Source: Lama guanicoe (Eukaryota). Taken from it: a stretch of DNA of 64,000 nucleotides. The notes below the pieces were generated by a model. That model searched no databases. It was given only the letters and a program-made list of their open reading frames with translations, and was not told where the DNA came from. The position numbers and the translations under genes were made by a program. Where the stretch lies: the NCBI GenBank assembly GCA_013239625.1, contig MU053810.1, positions 6,110,122 through 6,174,121 of the forward strand, in the 5' to 3' direction. Shown piece after piece: positions 1 through 13,077 of this stretch. Numbering within the stretch: the first letter of the stretch is position 1; every line of letters begins with the position of its first letter.

Positions 1-3000
1 CAGATCTAGTATAAAGAATTTTATTTCTCTAAGAGAAACTGCATAAAAACTTCGGCTTCCCTACATAGCCGATTCTATCTTCTGGAGAACATATTAAAAA
101 CGCAGAAGATACCCTGCACCAGGATTATGTTTTAGGGACACATTAAGAAGTAGAATTTATATAATTAACGACAGAAAAAGGATAAACATCTTAGAAGTCT
201 GGGTATCAGGCTGAAGAACTGTCTTTATGTCTTGTAACGGTGGTCTGAGTCAGTTGATCAAGTTTACAATCAGGTTATAATTAAATCCCAGGGATGGATG
301 GGGAAGATGGGGAAGACGGGTGAATTTAATATTAGCTTAAATGTTTAGTAAGAAGACCTGCTGGAATCCCTAATTCCAATTCATATTTAACCTGCAAATT
401 AGAAATTTAAATGTTTCCTTCCCAGATTTAACACAAAACACTCCCAAGAAGACAGACTGATGTGAGTTTTACAGTTAAAAGGGAACCCCATTTCTTTTTA
501 ATTATCATCATCTATGCGAATTTTTAAAAACTGAATTTCCAAAAAATCAAACTGAGGAAAATAACCAGCTGAATTTTCTGAACGTAAAACAGAAGGCTGG
601 CTTAAACACATGCTAACCAAACGTTTCACTTATTCCAATACCTTACTTTGCAAATATCACCACGTTCTCTCTCAGAGGAGAGAAGCGTTAGAGGGATACT
701 GAAATGTGGCTTTTTCTTTAAAAAAAAAAAAAATCTAATCTGAACATCTGCAAAAGCCAGTGCTCATCCGAATTCCTCAGATCTAGCAGAAGCCATGAAA
801 AATGAAGTGGAACTGCACTACAGACGCTGGGATTTAACCGCAAACACCGAATCAGCCCGAACGGTATCTTCCTGACTTGCTTTAAATGTAATTTTAAAAT
901 GTGGTGCTTTGCCGGCAACTCTTAAGATTTTTAGAACTAAACCTCAGAACCTTCCAACTGCTGTGAGCCCGGAAATCAACTGTAAAGTGCTGCTCATTAT
1001 TTATTAATATGTCACAACTTCAACAGTTCTAGATGCTTCCGATCACAACACATTTTTTGGAGGGGCAGGAGTAAAGCAACCGAGAAAGGGGTACAAATCA
1101 TCCTGCGAAACCACTTTGGTTGAGGAGAAAATGGACTAAGCAGCTTCTAAGCTTTTTCTGAATCCCTCAGCAAGCCATTTACAGAGCCTAGAGAAGGGAG
1201 CTTGGACCTTAAATATTTTTCAGGTAAATTTACTGGATCCTGTCTTACCTGAGTTGCTTGTGCAAGAACAGATGTAGCCTTATACAGTTGTTTTTTTAAA
1301 AATAAATATAAAGGCTATGTTTTTAGAATATTTTCTCAAGTGAATTTCACTCACTGAAATATATACCTGCTACTGGTTAACAGCAGATCTGACGTGAAAA
1401 CAACTGGTAAGACTCGAGCCTTCCTCACACATCTACAGGTTGGGTACCACATCCATCAGCACAAACCACGTCGGCAGGCAGGGCCCCTGCTGTCGAGCTG
1501 CACTCGGACAGGAGTGCTCACTGAGATGCTGGGGCTTTTGTCTTTGTTTTAGTGCCTTCCAAGTACAAAGATTTCTTACAATAGTTTGAAATTTCATAGA
1601 CTCTACATGTATGTAAAAAATGCCATATTGCATGGCTAAATTCCCGACGGGTGAAACAGGATTCCTGCTTAGAATGTTCTTCCTTGGCATTGTGACACAG
1701 CCCCTACCTAGGAGAAACATATTTTAGACACTTTATCATTTTTCCTGATGTACTTTTTCCTCTACAATGAGGCTTTGGTGTGTGTCAGCTTCTATCTGGA
1801 AAACACCGCCACAGTGTGTCCACAGCACAGCACTTGGTCTGGAACTCGAATCTCCAGATTACAAGAACAACTCGCACTGTCTTTAAGACGAAATCTTGGA
1901 AGTACCAAACTGAGTCATGCCATCAGAAGCTGGGCACCATTTCTACTTCCTGCTGCCACACTTTCCCAACTTTGGGAGACGAGCTAAGAAAAGCCAGCCA
2001 GGCGATAGAGTGGGAGAAAAGGGGGCCCCTCGTCCTGAAAGGCGGCTCTGTCCACCATGCGATGACTCAGCCAGCCCCCTGGAAAGTCGTTTCCCCTCTT
2101 CATTCAGTTTAAAACAAGATTTTCATAATGAAGAATTTCCAGCACAGACAGAAATAGGTGGAGTGACAGAATGATGACCTCCCCACATACACTTCACCAA
2201 GCTCACATGTGAGTTAAAGAAAATACTTTGTTCCCCTAGTCACACTAATACATGCAAATTACAAGCAAACCCCCGATGGGAAAACTGGCTCTAAAAAGAA
2301 AATCAGACCTTGTCAATGGATCATCTTGGCTCGGAACAAATGAGGGAAGCAGATAAATTTAAGTAGTAAATGTGGTTTCACTTTAACAGAGACAGAGACA
2401 CTTAAATTCCCAAATCTACACAAGGTGGATGGAAAACAGAGTTCTCCAGTGGCATACAGGGGGCTCTATTTCTATTTCAAAATCTTCTGTTTTTTTATCT
2501 TTTCTGACTTCTAAAGATAAGTGTTTCATTTTGCTTGTTAGAACTCTGACAACCTTAATGTTTCTTAAATATCCATCTCTGGTCCACCATGTCAAAATCA
2601 GTACTCTTGAAAAGACAAGACTGAAAATCCCTCAGACATAGGAACTGCGATCTCTAACGGTGGGGCTCGGAACTGGCATCTTTAAGCAGCATGCCTGGTG
2701 ATTCTGATCACAAAGTCAGGGAGCTGCTGCTCTGTACGTGGGGGTGCTCACTGGACTTGGGGTGAGCCCACATGGAAGCTTTTCCTCAGAGGAGTCTTGA
2801 GCCAAGCTCAGCCTCAGCAGACCCCCTGCTGCACCGCCTCTAAACCACAGGCATGAGGGGCGACTCTGCTACCTGAGAAGTGACCTGAAACCTGGGGGCT
2901 CAGTTCAGAGGTCGTGTGATAGATTCCCTGAGTCTCTTCACAGCCCCATGTGCAGAGTCTCCCCTGCTCTGAACAGCACAGCCACGGGAGGGTGGCCGTC

Positions 3001-3149
3001 CTTTCCTCTGACACGCCGCATCATCTCGAGTTTTAAAGGACACACGTGGTCATGCATCAGTTTGGTACGGAAGAAACTTCAAATGCAAACGAAGTCTCTG
3101 TCTCAAATTCCTCAGGACGTAAACTGCATCTCCTAGGTGTTACCTGAGG

Positions 3150-5330
3150 GAAGTCCATATATTCAAGTGTTCTGTGTGCTGAGCACTATCTACACAGACT
3201 CACATAAAATTTTATCTTTATCTGCCACTGAGCTGACTTGCTGCAAGTTTGAGTCCCTCAACTTCCGACACCGTGGAAGTGTTCTGCTTTACCCCAGGTC
3301 TGCACTGTAGGTCTGGGGGGGTCCAGGAGAGGCACCTGCAGAGAGAGCAAGGAGACCCGCCAGGCACACTCCTTGCACTGATGTGACAGGGTGTAAACCA
3401 CGGGGTTTGTATCTGTTCTCTGTGGCTCTGTGACAAATTACCACAAACTGGATGGTTGTATCAGCAGAAATTCTCTCTCGGTTCTGGGGACCATAAGCCC
3501 AAAAACAGTTTCCCTGGACTGAAATCGAGGTATCGGGAAGGCTCCCCACAGCGGCTGGAGGGGAGACGCCTCGGCTCGTGGCCGCATCACTCCCACCTGG
3601 CAGGAGCAGCCGTCTTCACGTCTCTCCTCTTCTGTGCGTTTCGGTCTCCCTCTGCCTCCCTCTTTCAGGAGACAAGCATTTGGGACCCATCAGCATTAGC
3701 ACGTGGATACCCTTTGTGGGGCTGTTTTTCAGCCTAACGGTTTACCTTCTCCAGCCTCTTCTGCTGATGCTCAATGTTCCCTTTTCAGTGACCAGATTCT
3801 TAAAATGACCTGACTTTATTACATCTGTCTAAAGTCTTTTCTCTCCTCATTGTTGACACGACCTTGAAGGGTCTGCCCTTCCCAGCAGCGTTGCAGCTGC
3901 ATGCGGGGGACTGAAGGAGCCCCTGGACGCCGCCTGCTCTCCGCTTCGCACCCTCGGCCCCCACTTCTGTTTCCTGGCTTTGTCTCTGCGCACAGCAATC
4001 TTGTTCCCTCCTCACCTGCACACTAAGGATGATGCTACTGGCAGGTGCATCCAATGTGCCTCCCATCTGAGGAAGAGCAGAGTGGGATGCCTGCGAGCCC
4101 ACACTTGCCGAAGCAGGTCAGTCACCTTCATTAACCCAAATAAACACACCGGGCTAGAGTGAAGACTGTCTTTCTTTGCTGGGAAAGTTTTAAGCTTGAT
4201 CTTAACAGTCATGAATCCATTAGGAGTTTTAATATCAAGAGAAAAGAACTGACATCCAAGGACATTCAGCAGCTCCTGAGTAGTCAGATTTATCTCCAGA
4301 TGAAAACAGACGTCGGCAATGCGGCATCATAAATGATGCAGGCTTCCTGCTACTGTTTGTTTACTTGCTACTGAAGAAGCACCGCCTCCTGGAATCCTTG
4401 GACACCGGAGAGCGACCCCCGTGAAGTTCTATGGGGCCTGTGACCTATCCAGGCTGGCTTTCCCTGCGGGATCCAGGGTGTGACAGAATAATGCAGCATT
4501 TGGGTTTTTCAAATTGGGCACAGCTGATGGAAGTGGAGAGGTTGATTCCTGCAGCGACCAATCAGCCTTAGCGGGGCGGTGGCCGCTGGAAGCGGAGGCT
4601 GTGCGCCCGGCATGTTCACAGCTCCACAGCCGTCTTGCTCTCAGTGATGTCGCCTTACACTTGAGCTTGACCTCGCCCACGAAATGGACACCATCTGGCC
4701 ATAAGAGCCTCCTCTGCCTCAGCAGGTGTCCCTTTTTACACACTTTACTCCCAGACCCATTCTAGCAATGAGTAGACCCATCAAAAGTGCCACACCCTAG
4801 GTTAAAGACAAAAACATTGCTTTTGGCACCAACCCTCCTGACTACCCCATAAACAGCCACTGCAGTAGCTGGTTCAATGACTCGGAACACACAGAAACCA
4901 GGAGCAGTTCCAGCATCGTCAGTGGCCTGACGCGAGGAGTCATGCATGTGAGCTGGGGCTGTGATGACTGCTCTGTCACAGCTTCCCTAGGGCAGGCTTT
5001 TGTCATTTCCTTTGTCTTCATGAGAATCACAAAAGTTACTTCCTCTGAGTTTAAGATTTTTACCACGTTTGGAAACTTGACGTATTAACTACTGTGAACA
5101 CTGCCTCTTACAGTGTTTTAGCTAATCAGCGTCTGGCTTTGTAACCTGGGATAGTGGGAGTCGATGCCACTCGACTGTACAATCAAGATCAGCCAGTCTG
5201 CGCCCAGTGCAACTTGAGCAGGCCCGTTATCCCAGTCACTGGCAGTGACATCCACTTTCCAGTGCGGGAAGATTCCACCGGGAACAGATGGCGTCAACAA
5301 CGATGGTAAGAACAGGTGCCCTCAACGAGG
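3150..5330 (-). pseudogene. Decayed processed pseudogene of HSPA8/Hsc70 (HSP70 family) in a PDSS1 intron
   Basis: Collinear intronless fragments in shifting frames: GIFPHWKVDVTASD (~GVFQHGKVEIIAND), EEVTFVILMKTKEM (~EEVSSMVLTKMKEI), DSSRQATDDAGT...VGAKSNVFVFNLGCGTFD (~DSQRQATKDAGT...VGAERNVLIFDLGGGTFD), TLDPAGKA..LDRSQ, TLDRCNKV, EHQQKRLEKV; 3'UTR-like acttgaatatgga near 3155-3168. Confidence 0.9.
3408..3738 (-). mobile_element. MLT1-type (ERVL-MaLR) solo LTR inserted in the HSPA8 pseudogene
   Basis: MLT1-like ends (taggctgaaaaacagcccc...atccacgtgctaat; gtaatttgtcacag...agataca); ggtt direct repeat at both flanks. Confidence 0.75.
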
Positions 5331-5489
5331 CCGCTGAGCAGGAGAGGCGGGGCTTACGAGGGACAAGATGCTGTGTTGTATTCGGTAAGCAGAGCAATTT
5401 CATAGAAATCGATTTCTTACAAAGCTCACTTTTGATCTGGATTCTTGATAAAGTCAGTCCTGACCTACAGGTAGTTTGGGTTTGGCTGA

Positions 5490-5860
5490 ACTCTGCTGTG
5501 GGCTGAGTTCTCCCGGAAGCAGACTCTCCAGTTGAAAGTACAGGATGTCTGCTCAGGAGTGCCCGTCGGGGGTGGGGCGGGTGGGGGGAAGAAACAGCAC
5601 TGGGTGGAGGGAAAAGCTCGTGCAACACAGGCCCCTCCATCGCGTGCTCTGAGCTAGAACAGCCCTTCGTCTCCGGGTCCTCGGATGTGGACTGGCTCGT
5701 TTGAGAGGATTCTCTGCAACCCTTTATGACGCAACCCTTAAGAGGCTGAGAACCGAAGGCTCTTCACCAACAGCACCTGGCCCGGCAAAGGGTCATTCCC
5801 TGAAGCAGGGTGTGGGCCGCGTGGCTCAGAATCCGGCGTAACTGCTTCCTGGGCCTCTCA
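5490..5860. mobile_element. Old ERVL-type LTR remnant (LTR16/LTR33-like)
   Basis: Motifs ttctcccggaagcagactct...ggtggagggaaaagct resemble this family; boundaries approximate. Confidence 0.4.
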
Positions 5861-7024
5861 AGTCTGATCATCTGCTGCGTGCATTCCTACTAGACCCGCC
5901 CAGGTACTGGTGCTTTTCAGGACACAGAGGAAAAATAGTCTTGAACTTCTTGGGCCATATTACCCTGAGAACATATTATAATCTATGTATACTTTTCCTC
6001 AGAACAATGCAAACACACAAAAGATGTTGCATACGATTCTAAGGGGCTCACAGACACCCCCGTAACTCCCACAGACCTCAGGTGAAGAATTCCCAGTAAA
6101 GTAATTGAGGGTGGAACATACAATGCACAACTGTAGAGCTTACTAAAGGAAAAAGAGAAAAATCAATAGAAGGTAGCCACCCTCCCCCATCACTTCTTAA
6201 GGTATCTGTTTATCCTGTTTTCTCAAATCCCCTCCAGGATTACCGCTAACGTACGGAATACACGTCTCAGAAGCAAGATGACAACGTCTGAGAAGCCTTA
6301 GGGGAGCCATTACACCTCAACTACAAGGTGATAAAGCAGGTCTCTCTCAATTCTGCCAAGGCCAGCAGGCGGCAGGTGAAGCCCTGGAAGGGGTTCTGGG
6401 GGCCCTGGCTGGAACCCGAGGCCAGTGTGCTCCTGCCCTGAATCTCCAGCCACTGCCACCCCACATTGTTCTAAACCACTCTCAGCAGCAAGATCACAAA
6501 CGGCCAGAAGCTCTCCCCCACCCCCTCCCTGCTTTAAGTGGCATGGAAGTGACAGTTAGATATTTAGCCCATTAAGAGCCTGATCCAAAAGGGTCCTTAG
6601 GAAGTAAGAATTCTCAAGAAATTGGGGTTCGGAGGGTAATACTGTTAGCCTACTCTACCACCCAAATCATGCTACATCCCAGTGCTGGACACGGCCTCCG
6701 TCTGGTGCCTCCAGTAAGCCCCACTCCCACCACCCACGGGGACGATGAAGCTGTAGCTAGAACATCCCTGGGGAAGGCCGAGTTGAACTTACTTTTTAAA
6801 CTAGCAATGCCTTTTCTGTGCTACAGTCTCCCATTTTTTCCTGCAACCGACATTTATGCAATTTCAATGATGAAAAGTTTAAAGACTCTGACTATGAGGA
6901 TAACAGTGGACAGGACTGGAAGCAGTGCAGAATATCTTCCTTCCCATGTTATCTCTGAGGGTGACGAACTGTATTATGCATTAATCTGAGACATTAAAAA
7001 CATAAACACACACTCTCTCTAGAC

Positions 7025-7235
7025 TAGTCAACCAGGGACGATTTGCTCATCGGGACATTCTAGCGAGGTCTGGAGACACTTTTTGTTTGTCATCAACGTG
7101 GGGAGGAATACGACTGGCATCTCACGGAGACAAGCCAGGTGTGCTGGCAACCAACCTACGATGCACACAACTGTCCCCACAGTAAAGAACGATCTGGCCC
7201 CAAATGTCAGTAGCATCAAGGCCGAGAAGCCCGGT
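7025..7235 (+). mobile_element. MER20-like hAT DNA transposon
   Basis: ggacatt...gtctggagacacttttt...ctggcatct...ggccccaaatgtcagtag...gagaagccc. Confidence 0.75.
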
Positions 7236-8261
7236 TCCAGACCACCTGAGAGGTATTTCCTGTCTGCTTCAGAGGGAGCGTTTCTGCTGCTCTGCCTTTC
7301 AGGTGACGTGAAATTGGTCCTGATGTTGGGCGAATGGTCATTGCCAGAGATTTCACTGCTCTTTCAGATAACACTGAGAGCCCCTGGAGAGTTCTCCAGG
7401 TGAGCGGAGCGGGAGATACCCCTGAACACGCTGTGATGCGCTGGGGGGCACAGTAGTGGGGCGCAGACGGCTGTGGGCAGAGGTGAGCCTGTGCTCACAA
7501 ACAACTTCGTTCCCACAGCACCTCAAACTCAGGGCCGGCAAACCTTGAATGTTACCCGCCAAGGAAAAGGAATGTGACACACATGTTCAACACTAGGGAA
7601 ATGTATCAGTACACTCTGGTCTTCTGGAGTTTCCAGCAACAGATGACTTGACATAAAAATAATAACTGAAGACACTCCAGTAATGTGGCAAAGAGTTTAA
7701 AAAATAATGGTTCTGGGTAAATCTTTTGTCTTAAGATTTCCTTTAATATTAAAAAATTGCAGTTGTTTTAACATTTTAAAATGTATATATATTCGAAACA
7801 CAGAAGTTCAAAATATTATCTTTTAAGATTTCTCTGTTTGTGAAGGCTGCAGGAAGTTAGGCACTGCAGAGGGTGTGGAGCCCAGAATCTGGGTCTGACT
7901 CATGACTTTATAAAGACCAACCTTTGCACTAACAGCTCAGTGTGCACAATGATCACAAGTATGCATACATCCTGGTATTCACTTCTCAGTGAGAAAATGG
8001 ATTTTGGCTTTGAAAATGCTTTCCAAAATGTTTATTCGCAGCTGAAGTTGTTGTTCCCCTATGGGCATTTAAAAGTGTGGGACAGGAACATGCCCAGACC
8101 AGACTCCAGGGTGACCTGAGAAACGCAAAGCCAGAAACTACTCATCACAAAGTGAATTCTCAGCTACAAGCTGCTTCCTACACAGGAAACTAAACGGTAA
8201 CCTTGGGAAGGAAGGTTGGCCAAGTATAAAACCAACAGAGGAGAGAAAATGAGTAACTCAC

Positions 8262-8392
8262 CGGGAGTTATTATGATGAATGTTACAGGCCCGGGCCATT
8301 AGCACCACAATAATTGGTCGAAAGGCTTTTCCTTTCCCATCAAAGTAGTATTCTGACATCTCCTTCAGTTCTGTTGTAGATATAAATAGTTC
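8262..8392 (-). CDS. PDSS1: PDSS1 coding exon, 131 nt; remaining exons (DDxxD motifs) not found in the window and presumably lie beyond position 1
   Basis: ELFISTTELKEMSEYYFDGKGKAFRPIIVVLMARACNIHHNNS(R) with the GKxxRP prenyltransferase motif; atttcag acceptor, gtgagt donor. Confidence 0.97.
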
Positions 8393-8839
8393 CTGAAATA
8401 AAGTTTCTCTGTGTCAGTATGGCATCATACCTGCACCAAAAAAGCAACGGGCTTTCTTTCGTAAAACTTTGATTTTAGTGTATTCATGTCAGTTGAGAAA
8501 CTCAGCACTCAGGTCCAACATTGTATGACCACAAACCTGGCTGCCCTGCAGCTGGGCCATGAGCGGGGCCTGGCTGGCCCCTGCCTGCCCCAGTGACCCC
8601 AAGAGACAGCAGGCGTGGCAGGGAAGCACCAGGTGGCCCAGTGACAGCTGGACAGAGAGAGAAACAGAGCTGGCTGCAGCTTGGAAGATGGAGGGGGAGG
8701 ACAAAGACGGGAGTGTGGGAGCCAGTGAAGCAGGAGGCTGGGGGGTGTTGGGGTACCAGGGGCACAGGCTGAGTCTGGCTCAGCCATTTAGCCACAGACA
8801 AGCCAAAGGTTCACAGAGAAAGTGTGAGACATGGTTTAC

Positions 8840-9500
8840 CTGATGGGAAGGAGCTTACAATTGAGTTGGGGAAGCAAAATTTTAATATGAACTATTCAGT
8901 AGTTATACAGTGGTATAACTTGAACAATTAAATGCATTGAAAGTTCAGAGAATGGGGAGATCAGTGTGGACGAGAAAAACCGAACATTTCATGGAGGAGA
9001 TAAGCTTTGGGGATTAAAGGATAAGGAGGATTTTGATTTGTGAAGAGATGGGGGTGTGTGTTTCTTGTCTCTGCCACCAGGGACTTACTGGGGTAATCAG
9101 AGCTGTTGCCCCAGGAGCGGTGGGAGATACCTATGGATCCAGAGCCCCTGAGGCTCTGAGGAGAACCCTAAGACAGGGGGACTGACAGCAGGGGAGGAGG
9201 ACGAGGAGGGGAAGGGAAAAGCTGAGTCGAGGATGCTTCCGAGGTTCCTGGGTGGCAACCTTCAATCAACAAGAAAAACAAGAGAAAGAACAACTCGTAG
9301 GGGAAAGTAAAGCTTCAGATCTGTCAGGTTTGAGACCATCACGGACACCCCATGGAGCTGCCCAGTGAGCAGTCAGATATATGTGTTTAGGAGAGAGAAT
9401 TCAATCCGGACCAGAGATATTATCTGGGACTCGTAAGCATGGAAAGGGGTAAACTGAAGACACAGAGAGAAGGGGCCAAAAGAACCCCAGGGAATGGGAA
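8840..9500. mobile_element. L2 LINE remnant (approximate)
   Basis: ggagcttacaattgagttgggg...; gtttgagacc...ggagctgcccagtgagcagtcagatatatg typical of L2. Confidence 0.5.
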
Positions 9501-10689
9501 AACAAAGGGGGTGGCGAGGAGGGGTCGAGAGGGACCTAGGACGCCAACTGAAGGATGGCCAGGGTCAGAGCCAGGGAAGAGCAGAAGACAAGGGATGGGT
9601 GTTGCGGAGGCGAGTGGTCACCAGCGTCCAGTGTTGAAGGAGGCCAGGAAGATACAAACTGGAAGTGCCGCTGGATTTAGAGCCACTGATGACCTGATCA
9701 AAGGCGCTTCAGAGGCGAGAGAGGCTGGAAAGGAAGGCACACTGAGATGGTGGAGTAATGGGGAGGGGCAACAGAGAGAGGGAGTGGGGCACATGCAATG
9801 GGGATGGGTGGGACTCGGGGCCAAGGGTGAGTCCTTTAAAAGACAGACAGGAAGTAGCTGGAGCATCTGAAATGGATCTGAGACAGAATGAAGAGGACAG
9901 GGAAATACAGACGGGGTTCCTAGAACTCCAAGGAGGAGGCAGAGGGGATGGGACTGTCACCAGAGGTCCAGGGACTACAGTGGAAAGGAGGGAACACTGA
10001 CTTCCCTGGGTGGGAGGAGGAGGCAGGCCCGCAGCCGGCCCAGACTGTCGGTGACACAGAGCAGGCGTGCGAGGAGTTCCTCCTTCATGGCCTCTGCCTG
10101 GCCCACCAGAGAGGAAGCGGCGGTGCTGAGAAATCAGGACAGTGGGGTGGGGGCTGCGGGGGGAAAGCACAGAACCCTGAAGGGGAAGGAAGTCGACGGG
10201 GGACATGTGACTACTTCAGGGCAGCATCTGAGAACCCACATGAGGTTGGGGACCACTGAAAGTTGGGGGGATAGGATGATTAACGAAGAAAGGCCTCTTT
10301 GGGGGCAGCCTGGCACTGATACCCAGAACTGGACAGGAAGACAGGAGCAGGAGTCACCGGCGGCTTCAGGGCCTCACCAGGCCTGGAGCAGGTGACGGAT
10401 TTGGAGAGGAAGGGTTAGAGAGGACTCTTTGGACCTCTATATGTGCTGCCTGTACCTGCACCTGTGCCTCCCCCTCACCTAGTTTCCCAACTCTGGCGTC
10501 ACCCCCCACTGGATGGTAACACATATTGCATTCTCCACGTTGCCCCATCCTTGTTGCTCAAGACACATTTGAAACTTGACATTTGCGAGTCAGGTCTGTG
10601 ATGGCACAGCACACGTCTGGAAATCTGCCCTGTTGTCTCGTAGTTCTAAGAGATCAACATTACTTCACAGCATCGCAGAAACAGCTTAC

Positions 10690-10810
10690 CTTCCTGATGT
10701 CCTCATACAGACCTTTCAAGTCTCTCCAACCAAGTTTAAAAGGATCGGTGTACCTCTCACCGCTCCGTGTCTTACTACAGCAGCACGCTGCTGGCGTCGT
10801 GTGATGGAAC
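10690..10810 (-). CDS. PDSS1: PDSS1 coding exon, 121 nt
   Basis: (R)FHHTTPAACCCSKTRSGERYTDPFKLGWRDLKGLYEDIRK; ctcccag acceptor, gtaagc donor. Confidence 0.96.
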
Positions 10811-11135
10811 CTGGGAGCAGCAGAAATGCACACAATGGAAGACAGTGCTATTTTACTACGTGAGACAACTTCATTTTTAAGTTAAGAATTATATACACCC
10901 ATGCATATACATGTAACAGAGTCAGATGATGGAAAACTGAAGCCCAGATACTTGCTGGAAATTAAGCATTGAGACAAAAAGGTCATTATAACTTAGAAAA
11001 ACATACAGAATTTCATTCTTGCTCAACGATATACTGATAGTATATTTTTATAACCAGGATCTTGGGAACCCACAAAATCAAAGAAAGACTAAACTATGTT
11101 CATTGTGCTCAGAGTTGATTTTAAATTTTATTGTA

Positions 11136-11481
11136 CAGTCAGGCTTCTGTATCTGCGAGTCTCGCATCCATGGATTCAGCCAACCTCAGACTGAAAATTT
11201 AAAAAGTTCCAGAAAGTTCCAAAAAGCAACACTTGAGTTTGCCACGCTCCAGCAACTATTTACATAGCATTTACACTGTACTTACAACCATTTGCATAAC
11301 ATTTACATTGTATTAGGTATTATAAGTCAAATAGGGATGATTTAAAGCATACGGGAGGATGTGCATGGTTTATATGCAAATATGACACCATTTTATACAA
11401 CAGACTTGAGCATCTGTAAATTTTGGTATCTGAGGGGAAGGGTACTGGAACCAATCTCCCATGGATACTAAGGGATGACTG
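11136..11481 (-). mobile_element. MER2-like Tigger (TcMar) non-autonomous element, full length
   Basis: TA target-site duplications; imperfect TIRs CAGTC...GTATC / GATAC...GACTG; ~345 bp. Confidence 0.85.
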
Positions 11482-11643
11482 TATTCTCATTTTTTGAACA
11501 CGCAGAGATCACATAGAGCAAGTACTGTGGTGCTTAGTTAAACAACATTCAGTGTGGTAGACCAGTCCACCACAATTCAGAACAGAAATATACTGGCAAT
11601 GTGACTAGTAATTTTAGCAGGTGCAGTATGGATATAAACTTAC

Positions 11644-11708
11644 CGTGATATACTATACATAATTGGAAAGGCAGATGTTAAACTCTTCACAAGATTAAAA
11701 TAGGACAC
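11644..11708 (-). CDS. PDSS1: PDSS1 coding exon, 65 nt
   Basis: VSYFNLVKSLTSAFPIMYSIS(R); ttttatag acceptor, gtaagt donor. Confidence 0.92.
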
Positions 11709-13051
11709 CTATAAAATAAAAGTATTAATAATATGTGTGAAAAACTTCAAGACTAGATTTTTGCAAGAATATCCATGAAAAATTTGTTTATAACACGAAA
11801 TAAAAACTCCCATAATTTATAATAAATGTAATCTTTATCTTTTAGTTGTCCATTTAGAGACTGCAGACTTGACAAAAATGTTTTCTTTCCTTATTATAAA
11901 AGTAATATCTGTCATAACAGAAAATAAGAAAAAAGCAGAAAAACCATTTATAATCTACCCTTTCCCCTAAAGAACACTCCATAATCATATCTATCACTTC
12001 CTTTAACTAAGGCTGGGCACTAAGTAGTAAGGATTAGTGTGATTTACACTCTCTTAAAGTCTTAAACTGGTTTAAAGCAAAGAATAATCAAGACCCCCAA
12101 AGCATCAGCCCAGGTGGTGGGAAAGAAAGGATTTCAATGTTTAGGAAGAAATTCACAGGTCCACAAACACTTCCTATTTTAAGTTATTGCTCCTGAAGAT
12201 ACTTGGAAATGGTACTTTTTGAAAAGTCATGTTAACAAACAAGCAAGCTCAGTATCACATTTTGGTAACATTAGAACAACAAAAGACTGTGTTTTAAAAG
12301 ATTGAAAGGTGGTGACGGCAAAGAGTAGTCCCAGCAATTATTGTGCACTATTAAGAACCAGGAATTGTGACAGGCACTGGGGACCCAAAGATTACAGACA
12401 GCCAATCTCGAAGAATTCAGGGACACGGGCATTTCAGAAATTACTAACTTACTAATTAATGTGGGAAGGGCTCTTACAGAATACTGGAAGAAACCACTTT
12501 GACAAAGGATGGATTTAGCACAAGAAAAATAAAACGAATCCACTCTATAAGTAATCAAGTCTCACAACGTGCTTTTACACTGACCCTTAACAACCACTTG
12601 TTCTTATAAAGCCAGGGAACTTGAAATTCTTGAAAAACTGCTAATACAGATGTTTACATTATATCAAAAGGAAAAAAGCACCTACAGAAACTGTGTGCAT
12701 TATGTGCTTCCACTGAAAATGTATACACTGACACAAATAAAATCCACAGAGAACAGAGTTTGAAAGTGTATAAGCCAGGATATTAAACAAAAGTTATTCT
12801 GGAACAAATAGAATTGTGGGAGTTGTTTGTTTTATTCCATTTTCTGGTTCACATTTGATTTTTCTCTAGATTGCTTTAGACATATTAAAATGACAATAGA
12901 GGCTCATTTTATCAGGCAGGTGGTGGCCAAAGAAGACGGTCTGAGTTCTGTTCTCACCATTGCTTTTCATATTCATTAGACCAGTAAGAATATTTATTAC
13001 ATCCCAGGTATTACAATGTCCCAAGAAAACAAAGTGACAAGCCTCTTGGTT

Positions 13052-13077
13052 GATTTATTTATTTATTTATTTATTTA
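13052..13077. repeat. (ATTT)n microsatellite
   Basis: atttatttatttatttatttattta. Confidence 0.9.

Noticed and set aside
6360..6376. CTCF-like GGCCAGCAGGCGGCAG
   Set aside because: Mismatch at a core position and no other support
9439..10395. Cluster of 100-165 aa ORFs in purine-rich sequence
   Set aside because: Compositionally biased, L2-like decayed sequence with no recognisable protein
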